A model generated the notes under the pieces. It made no database searches. It was not told the origin of the DNA and worked only from the letters and a program-made list of their open reading frames with translations. A stretch of 42,047 nucleotides of DNA from Candidatus Sungbacteria bacterium RIFCSPHIGHO2_01_FULL_50_25. GTDB lineage: Bacteria; Patescibacteriota; Minisyncoccia; Sungbacterales; HO2-52-23. A program made the translations under genes and the position numbers. Where the stretch lies: positions 1 through 42,047 of the forward strand of contig MHQD01000026.1 of NCBI GenBank assembly GCA_001822215.1, written 5' to 3'. This document shows, piece after piece, positions 36,903 through 42,047 of the stretch (positions within the stretch are counted from its first letter, which is position 1; each line of letters begins with the position of its first letter).

Positions 36903-37898
36903 TCAATATACGATTTTGTACGCGTTGTCGGCTGGCGTGAGCGTAATGTTTTCTTTGCGAAGCCAATTCCAAAGGTCGTAGCGGTTGAGATTCAAAAGCT
37001 CTTCTTTTACTTGGATGTTTGGCTCGACAAGCGCAAGGGTTTTCAGGGGGTCTTGTTCGGTCGCCTCGAATGCCGCAATATGGCGCGCCATCTCGCGCAT
37101 GAGAAAAATCTGTTTTCCGTGGTACCACGCAAGGGTCTTCGGAACCGGAAGCGCTTCGAGTTCACGGGCAATTGCGTCAGCCGCCTCGCGATAGCGCGCG
37201 AATTCGGGAAGCAGTTCGAATTGTCCCGATCGGAGTATTTCCACGAGAAGGTCAAGATTGTCTTTGGGGAGCCCCTGTGAGTGGGTTGCGATAATGCGCG
37301 CGGTTTCGTTAAGGTATGCGCGCACCGCCTCCGGACTCATATCGTCGGATGTGACAATCGGCATTCGTTCAAGCGGCACCGTGGGAATGGGCCTCGGGAT
37401 CGCGCCCTCCGCCGACAGGCGCTCGATTTCTTTTGTCAAAAGACCTGACGCAAGAAATGTGTTTTTGCTTCCTTTGGAGAGCGCAAGCGCCCCCCCCTCG
37501 TCCATGAATTTTACAAAAAGTTCTTCGGTGAGATTTTTTGCGCTTCCGTCGGTTGAGGCGCCGAGCACAGAACCATTTCCTGATTCGGCGGCAAGCGAAC
37601 CCCGGAGCACTTCGTCGCGGTCAAATATGCCGTCTCCGTCGGAATCCTCGTTGTTCGGATTAAGGCCGTATATTTTTTCCTCCCAATTTTTTAGGCCGTC
37701 TTCGTCTTGATCAAGAAAAAGCGGATTCGGTTTAATTTCACGCGAAGCGACATTTTTTATTGCCGCAGAAATGTTTCCGCCGGAATGCGTTGCGGCGTAT
37801 AAAAGATATATTCCGAGAAGCGCGGGTAAAAGTATAAAAAGAAGAGGACCGGCTGATCCCAGTTTCTCCAATCGAAAATCGCGTGCGTAGTATGCCAC
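36903..37898 (-). CDS. membrane-anchored protein with thrombospondin-type-3-like Ca-binding repeats (first gene of the operon)
   Basis: 331 aa with a GTG start at 37898 and a TM helix (GPLLFILLPALLGIYLLY). DQDEDGLKNWEEKIYGLNPNNEDSDGDGIFDRDE matches the DxDxDG TSP3-like repeat pattern. Confidence 0.7.
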   Translation of the reverse strand: MAYYARDFRLEKLGSAGPLLFILLPALLGIYLLYAATHSGGNISAAIKNVASREIKPNPLFLDQDEDGLKNWEEKIYGLNPNNEDSDGDGIFDRDEVLRGSLAAESGNGSVLGASTDGSAKNLTEELFVKFMDEGGALALSKGSKNTFLASGLLTKEIERLSAEGAIPRPIPTVPLERMPIVTSDDMSPEAVRAYLNETARIIATHSQGLPKDNLDLLVEILRSGQFELLPEFARYREAADAIARELEALPVPKTLAWYHGKQIFLMREMARHIAAFEATEQDPLKTLALVEPNIQVKEELLNLNRYDLWNWLRKENITLTPADNAYKIVY

Positions 37899-37904
37899 GT
37901 ATTC

Positions 37905-37913
37905 AGTATATCA
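37905..37913 (-). promoter_or_regulatory. extended -10 (TGaTATACT) 6 nt upstream of the operon's GTG start
   Basis: The minus strand reads TGATATACTGAATACGTG. There is no SD. This implies a leaderless or near-leaderless transcript. Confidence 0.35.
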
Positions 37914-38009
37914 TAGGGAAACGCTAGAAACCGCGCACTTATGCACAATTTCGAAATTTTTTCTCTTCCGCGCTCTTTTCAAAAAATCGGATATCTATAT
38001 ACTTACCGC

Positions 38010-38387
38010 ATGAGCCAAAAACAGCGTATCTATCTTTCTGTCGTATCCCTTTTTGTTGTCGCAAGCGCATTTTTCATCCCCGTTCTTGATACAAGTGCGT
38101 TTTTCGGCGGAGGCGGGTCAGGCGCGCTTACGCCGTTCGGCGGTATGGTGATGGCCTATGTGGTATGCACGTGCAGTTCAAGTATTTTGATAACCATTGG
38201 TCCGCCAACCATGGGGAGTTTTCTTGTTACCCCGGGGACAAAACTATACGCAAACTACAATTTTATGCCGGGCCATTGGGTTTTGGGACTTGCCCTACCC
38301 GCGTCTCTGCCCTGCTTGGTGTATGCCGGAACCAGCTGCGTGAATGTCGGCAACGGAAAGCCGATTGTCATGATGGGAACGAGTTAA
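38010..38387 (+). CDS. small secreted Cys-containing hypothetical protein (125 aa)
   Basis: The internal ATG at 38010 of ORF 37941..38387 gives the signal peptide MSQKQRIYLSVVSLFVVASAFFIPVLDTSA. TATACT (37998-38003) lies 6 nt upstream of that ATG. Confidence 0.6.
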   Translation: MSQKQRIYLSVVSLFVVASAFFIPVLDTSAFFGGGGSGALTPFGGMVMAYVVCTCSSSILITIGPPTMGSFLVTPGTKLYANYNFMPGHWVLGLALPASLPCLVYAGTSCVNVGNGKPIVMMGTS

Positions 38388-38403
38388 TTAGGATAAAATT
38401 ATC

Positions 38404-38435
38404 ACAAAAAGCCCCCTTAAAAGGGTGTTTTTTGT
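38404..38435 (+). terminator. candidate intrinsic terminator
   Basis: ACAAAAAGCCCCC-TTAAAA-GGGTGTTTTTTGT. The stem has one mismatch and one G:U, and the T-run is on the 3' side. Confidence 0.4.
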
Positions 38436-38457
38436 ACACATTCACCGCAAAAATTGT

Positions 38458-38486
38458 TTGACTTTCTATTATATTCATGCTATAAT
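38458..38486 (+). promoter_or_regulatory. near-consensus sigma70 promoter
   Basis: TTGACT (38458-63), an exactly 17-nt spacer, then TATAAT (38481-86). It lies ~95 nt upstream of the ATG at 38582 and is the best promoter match in the window. Confidence 0.65.
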
Positions 38487-38581
38487 TGATCCGCAGTTCT
38501 CCACAATTTGAGTTTACATAAACTCCCGCATTACGCGGGGCAAACGCCCGCGAAAAGCGGGAGAAAGGCAGGGTAGCAAAG

Positions 38582-39277
38582 ATGGCACAGCATTGGTGGG
38601 AGAAGCCGACGAACTTCGTCGTCGGATTCGTTCGGAGGCGGCTCGAGAAGCAGTATGAGCACAAACTCCTTGAGTTCGCGGTGAAGTATCCGTCGATCCG
38701 CCGCGTCTACGAGGAGCTCGGCAAGGACATCACGCTCGACCTCATCGGCGGTATCATCGAGAATTTCCCTGACCCGAAGGATACAAAGTCGGTCAAGGGG
38801 AATCTTCTCGCGGCCTTGAAGTACTTCGCTCTGATCACCCCGCGCGAGCTCGGCCGTATTTTCGATGAAGGCCGGGACCTCGGCGCCGCACCCGGTATCC
38901 CAGGTGTCACGGCAGCAACGCCCGTGCAGGTCGGAGCTCTGATCGCGCAGATTGCAGAGCTCGATGATGCTGGGGAGTTTCTTAAGTGGCTCAAAAAGCT
39001 CAACCCCAGAGATCGGGTGTTTTTCTGGGGCGATGTCGCGAAGTGGCAGCCCGCGGAGCGGCTCGTGTTCATGAAGGAGTATGACGCAATCGCCCGTAAC
39101 GCTGTCATCCGGCAGTTTGTGCCGGAACCGCCAGCGCCGCCGACACCCAAAGAGGAGGCCGCGCGCCGAGCGCGAACCAAAGCGTTCAACCGCCGCGCCA
39201 CAGAGGTCGTAAATCCCCTAACAGATGCCATTCGTGGCGTCACTACTCGCCTTAACAGCGATCTCCCGCGTCCATAG
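38582..39277 (+). CDS. hypothetical protein (231 aa), GC3-rich
   Basis: This is the long ORF with plausible protein composition; the antisense ORF 38707..39297 is Arg/Ser-rich shadow. No family recognised. Confidence 0.7.
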   Translation: MAQHWWEKPTNFVVGFVRRRLEKQYEHKLLEFAVKYPSIRRVYEELGKDITLDLIGGIIENFPDPKDTKSVKGNLLAALKYFALITPRELGRIFDEGRDLGAAPGIPGVTAATPVQVGALIAQIAELDDAGEFLKWLKKLNPRDRVFFWGDVAKWQPAERLVFMKEYDAIARNAVIRQFVPEPPAPPTPKEEAARRARTKAFNRRATEVVNPLTDAIRGVTTRLNSDLPRP

Positions 39278-39295
39278 CGCGGGGAAGGAGATATC

Positions 39296-40159
39296 ATGAA
39301 CCCGTTTCAGCTCTTGGCAGAAGCGGCACTTCAGATGTTCGTCGCGGCTGTTGCACGGATCATACGGTTCTTCACCGGCCCGAGGCCGGGCGTGATTGCA
39401 CTCGCCGCCTGGGAGCGAGCTCGTGCGCTCATCAACATGATCATCGCCGCCATTGTGGTTCCCGTCATAGGAATCACCGCGGCCCTTGTTCTTGGTTACA
39501 CGAGCGTAGGCCTAGTAGACTTCGCAAGGGCGATACTGCTGCTCTGTATCTGGTTCAGCCTCCCGATCCTCATCGTCCTTCTCGGCGGTACGGGCGCGGC
39601 GATAGACATCCTGTTTAACGCCGCGATCGGCAAAGACAAGAAGTCATCAAAGGAGATTTTCAGGGGGTTTTTGGGAATCCCTTTGTGGCTCCTCGTCATA
39701 GCCGAGATCGTTCTCGTCATCGGTGTGTACGCGCCGATGACGGCGCTCGTAATCGGACCCCTCGGCGCCATGGGTATTCTGCTCCTGTCGTTTATCCGGA
39801 AGTGGAAGTTCACTTTTGGATGGGAGCTCGCGAGCGCGATCCAGGTCATCTTCATCACGTTCGCGCTTCTCGCTTCGGTTCCGTCGAGTTTTTGGCGGGC
39901 CACAGTCGGCTATAACCTTCGTCCAACCTTCTCGCTCTCCTGGAGCGTCGATGTAAGCGAGCGCGAGCTCGACACCATCTACGCAGAGGCGAAGTCAGCG
40001 CGATCCGCTGTCGCGGCGCGCGAGCTCCGCGAGGTTCGGTCGGAGATCAGTCGTGCGAGAACCCCCGAAGAAGTTCGGCGCGCGGAGGTCCGACTCGCCG
40101 AGTGGGAACGCAGATATTCGTCTGGTGTCGTTGAAGGCGCCAGGCGGATGACTCAGTAA
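39296..40159 (+). CDS. hypothetical polytopic membrane protein with a C-terminal coiled-coil-like tail (287 aa), GC3-rich
   Basis: A strong SD, GGAAGGAG, lies 6 nt before the ATG. There are about 6 TM helices, then ERELDTIYAEAKSARSAVAARELREVRSEISRARTPEEVRRAEVRLAEWERR. Confidence 0.75.
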   Translation: MNPFQLLAEAALQMFVAAVARIIRFFTGPRPGVIALAAWERARALINMIIAAIVVPVIGITAALVLGYTSVGLVDFARAILLLCIWFSLPILIVLLGGTGAAIDILFNAAIGKDKKSSKEIFRGFLGIPLWLLVIAEIVLVIGVYAPMTALVIGPLGAMGILLLSFIRKWKFTFGWELASAIQVIFITFALLASVPSSFWRATVGYNLRPTFSLSWSVDVSERELDTIYAEAKSARSAVAARELREVRSEISRARTPEEVRRAEVRLAEWERRYSSGVVEGARRMTQ

Positions 40160-40179
40160 CAGGTTCTTTCATACAAGGA

Positions 40180-40226
40180 GGTGAGACAGGCGGTCAGCTC
40201 AAGCAGTTGACCGCCTCACCATTTTT
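40180..40226 (+). terminator. intrinsic terminator ending the GC-rich two-gene unit
   Basis: GGTGAG(acag)GCGGTCA pairs with TGACCGCCTCACC, giving 13 bp with a 4-nt bulge, followed by ATTTTT. Confidence 0.7.
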
Positions 40227-40234
40227 AGGTAACA

Positions 40235-40591
40235 ATGGATATAATGGTAGAAAATCCACAAAGGAAAAAAGAAGAGTCCGCTGCTGAAGAAAAAAGCGAG
40301 GAAGAAAAGAGGGTAGAGCAAGAAGGGAAATCAAAGATCGTAGATACAGCGAGAGAGGTTGGAGAAAGAATAGTCGATCGAACCCGGGAGCTTTTTGGAA
40401 GTGACGGCGGATTAAGCGAACAGCAGGGAAAAGCAGCGAAGCGCATGGAGAGATTGAAATTCGGAGGGTCGATCCTCGGCGCCGGATTACTGTTGGCGCT
40501 TGCGGGAACAATCGCGCTCCCTTTTTGGGGCATGAAAAAAATCCTTCAAGCGGATAAGGATTTTATGAAGGGGTTCAATCTATTAAAGTAG
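40235..40591 (+). CDS. hypothetical small protein with an acidic N-terminus and one C-terminal TM helix
   Basis: 118 aa. The N-terminal half is charged. The TM helix is GGSILGAGLLLALAGTIALPFWG. Confidence 0.55.
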   Translation: MDIMVENPQRKKEESAAEEKSEEEKRVEQEGKSKIVDTAREVGERIVDRTRELFGSDGGLSEQQGKAAKRMERLKFGGSILGAGLLLALAGTIALPFWGMKKILQADKDFMKGFNLLK

Positions 40592-40649
40592 GAATGAAAT
40601 GCAGCGGTTTTTCTTATTTTTTAAATCGTTTTTTGTCCGGACATCGAGT

Positions 40650-40976
40650 ATGACAATGACCATTGATGAATTTTTGAAAACGAGCGTTGTGGATCTTGTC
40701 GGGCTCGAAAGCGCGCCAGAGAGTGTGAAGCGTGAATTTTTAGTAAAGGCGTCCCAAATGACGCTCGAGCGCATCGTGGGGCGCATTGACGGAATTCTTC
40801 CGGAAGCGAAAAAAGAGGAGTTTTACCGCGTGTTCGGCGATGAGGGAAACGACGACGATATGCAGAAATTTATTAAGGAAAACGTTCCCAATTTTGAGGA
40901 AATCGTGGGCGAAGAAACCGCGCGCGTAAAGGTGGATCTCGTCAAAGCCGCGGAAGAACTTAAAGCCGCGGCGTAG
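40650..40976 (+). CDS. hypothetical small acidic cytoplasmic protein
   Basis: ORF 40599..40976. The N-terminal 17 codons look non-coding, so the start is probably ATG 40650 (MTMTIDEFLKTS..). No family recognised. Confidence 0.5.
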   Translation: MTMTIDEFLKTSVVDLVGLESAPESVKREFLVKASQMTLERIVGRIDGILPEAKKEEFYRVFGDEGNDDDMQKFIKENVPNFEEIVGEETARVKVDLVKAAEELKAAA

Positions 40977-40986
40977 CGAGTAGGGT

Positions 40987-41157
40987 TTATATTTCTGGCA
41001 AAACACCGCGGCCGTAAGGCCGCGGGTGAATGCGAGCTCTGAGTCCCGACGAAGTCGGGACGGAAGAAATATATAGGCCGCCGGACGTTTTCGCGGCATA
41101 GAAGCGCACCGCGAAAACGGACGGAAAGAGTACGGAGTACCACGGCCGGAAGGCCGT
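40987..41157 (+). other. cluster of four GC-rich near-perfect hairpins (candidate structured RNA or REP/BIME-like cluster)
   Basis: H1 is 41003-41027, CACCGCGGCC-GTAA-GGCCGCGGGTG. H2 is 41042-41060, GTCCCGAC-GAA-GTCGGGAC. H3 is 41085-41118, an 11-bp stem CGTTTTCGCGG/CCGCGAAAACG. H4 is 41140-41157, CACGGCC-GGAA-GGCCGTG. A long-range 9-bp helix TATATTTCT/AGAAATATA (40987-95 with 41064-72) encloses H1 and H2. The GNRA loops exist only on the + strand. Confidence 0.35.
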
Positions 41158-41214
41158 GCGGAATCTATTTTTCGCGTATTCCAACAAGCGAATGCATTAA
41201 TACGTTATGCGGTA

Positions 41215-41260
41215 CGTCATGTATCTATCCTACGCTATAGCGTAGGATAGATACATGACG
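41215..41260. repeat. palindrome copy 3 (variant A), extended to 46 bp
   Basis: The core 41219-41256 is identical to 6167-6204. Flanking CGTC/GACG extend the perfect palindrome to 41215-41260. Confidence 0.95.
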
Positions 41261-41321
41261 GGTGGTGCGGATGAATTCGGCGCAAATCCCGTCAGGTGTC
41301 GCCACATAAACACTCATCGGT

Positions 41322-41900
41322 ATGCCTTCCTCCTATCGTCTGGGAAAAGAAGAAATAGTTCGTGCAATCCTCATGTCGCTCGGGGTTGCGGGGCTTGTTG
41401 TTGCCGCTGCCGCCGCGCCGAACGCAACGCTTCTTTTGAAGCCGCTCATTCGGAAAATGAATAGGCGGCCGATAGCGGACGATTCCCTGGAGCGGTCGCT
41501 CAGACGGATGGCGAAAAAGCGGCTTGTCGAATTTTCGGTGCGGAATGGAAAAACATATCTCCACATTACAGAAAGCGGAAGGAAAAAACTCAAGGAAATC
41601 GAGTTTGAATCAATGAAGATCGATATATCCGGATCATGGAATGGGGTCTGGACGGTTATTCTTTTTGATATACCGGAATCACGGAAAACCGCACGGGATG
41701 CCCTTCGGAGAAAATTAAAAGACCTCGGATGTTATCAATACCACAAGAGCGTTTTTGTTCATCCGGTATCTTGCGGAGATGAAATTGATTTTGTGGCTGA
41801 ATTTTTCCAAGTCGGGCGGCATGTCATTCATTTTGAAACGCGCTCGCTCGGAAACCAAGAACATCGCGCCCGGCGCTTTTTCGGGATCCGCGGCGCGTGA
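41322..41900 (+). CDS. PaaX-like protein (winged-helix N-terminal region plus PaaX/Cas2-fold-like domain)
   Basis: 192 aa. LRRMAKKRLVEFSVRNGKTYLHITESGRKKL is wHTH-like. WNGVWTVILFDIPESRKTARDALRRKLKDLGCYQYHKSVFVHP matches the W-x-G-x-W...(F/Y)-x-(I/V)-PE...R...L...G...SV(W/F)(I/V)-x-P pattern of the PaaX family. Confidence 0.65.
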   Translation: MPSSYRLGKEEIVRAILMSLGVAGLVVAAAAAPNATLLLKPLIRKMNRRPIADDSLERSLRRMAKKRLVEFSVRNGKTYLHITESGRKKLKEIEFESMKIDISGSWNGVWTVILFDIPESRKTARDALRRKLKDLGCYQYHKSVFVHPVSCGDEIDFVAEFFQVGRHVIHFETRSLGNQEHRARRFFGIRGA

Positions 41901-41901
41901 T

Positions 41902-41943
41902 CAATGTATCTATGCTACGCTATAGCGTAGCATAGATACATTG
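41902..41943. repeat. palindrome copy 4 (variant B), extended to 42 bp
   Basis: The core 41904-41941 is ATGTATCTATGCTACGCTATAGCGTAGCATAGATACAT, a perfect palindrome. Flanking CA/TG extend it. It starts 2 nt after the stop of the PaaX-like gene. Confidence 0.95.
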
Positions 41944-42047
41944 GGATTCTGGGGTGTTGGGCGGCGCTCGCGTGTTGTATCGTGATCGGAAGGTTTTGCG
42001 ACCGTTGCTTTGCGCGATTGCGAGCAGCACCGTGAGCGGGCACTGCA

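Noticed and set aside
36399-37280. 293-aa plus-strand polyproline ORF
   Set aside because: It is the antisense reading of the GGN-rich glycine tract of ORF 34862..36898 (GGN becomes NCC, which is Pro). It also crosses a gene boundary of the coupled minus-strand operon.
38707-39297. 196-aa minus-strand ORF in the second GC-rich unit
   Set aside because: It is an Arg/Ser/Ala-rich shadow. The plus-strand ORF is served by the consensus promoter and followed by a coupled SD-led gene.
6167-41943. Possibility that the 38-bp palindromes are CRISPR repeats
   Set aside because: There are only four copies, separated by 3.3 kb, 31.7 kb and 0.65 kb of coding DNA. There are no regularly spaced short spacers and no cas genes apart from a Cas2-fold-like resemblance in the PaaX-like protein.
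25923-41943. Possibility that the whole accessory region is an integrative conjugative element
   Set aside because: No integrase, relaxase, coupling protein, oriT-like nick site or direct-repeat att boundaries are recognisable in the window. The left boundary is an ordinary terminator. The idea cannot be excluded without flanking sequence.
41944-42047. Open reading frames running off the right end of the window
   Set aside because: Frames on both strands stay open for ~100 nt. No start context or recognisable motif is present, so there is too little sequence to call.

Overview
This is a 42-kb bacterial chromosomal window, roughly 45-55% GC by eye, spanning the replication-origin neighbourhood: rpmH-rnpA-yidD-yidC-jag on the + strand diverge from dnaA-dnaN on the - strand. 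The left ~25 kb is dense housekeeping: a partial MurE-like ligase, ruvA, uvrB, rpsT, holA, polA, tsaE, a DHH-like protein, an orphan PilB/GspE-type ATPase, ruvB, yebC, ruvC, tyrS and a class A PBP. The gene style (short YidC, PrgI/VirB4/VirB6-type genes, TSP3-repeat and PaaX-like proteins, many starts without a Shine-Dalgarno) suggests a small Patescibacteria/CPR-like genome; that is inference only. The right ~16 kb is accessory. Its main feature is a 12-kb, ten-gene, translationally coupled minus-strand operon. It has a VirB2/VirB3(PrgI)/VirB4/VirB6-type type IV secretion core and unconventional secreted partners. No coupling protein, relaxase or integrase is seen in the window. The VirB4 homologue is split at an A6 homopolymer. 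Other notable signals are listed here. (1) A 38-bp perfect palindrome occurs four times in two variants that differ by a compensatory change; one pair tightly brackets a PaaX-like gene. (2) Two GC3-rich islands carry strong SD sites. (3) There is a rod-shaped 6S-like RNA or MITE candidate after the PilB gene. (4) There is a cluster of GC-rich hairpins with GNRA loops. (5) Several -10 boxes sit about 6 nt from start codons. I recognised no rRNA, tRNA, CRISPR array, transposase or integrase.
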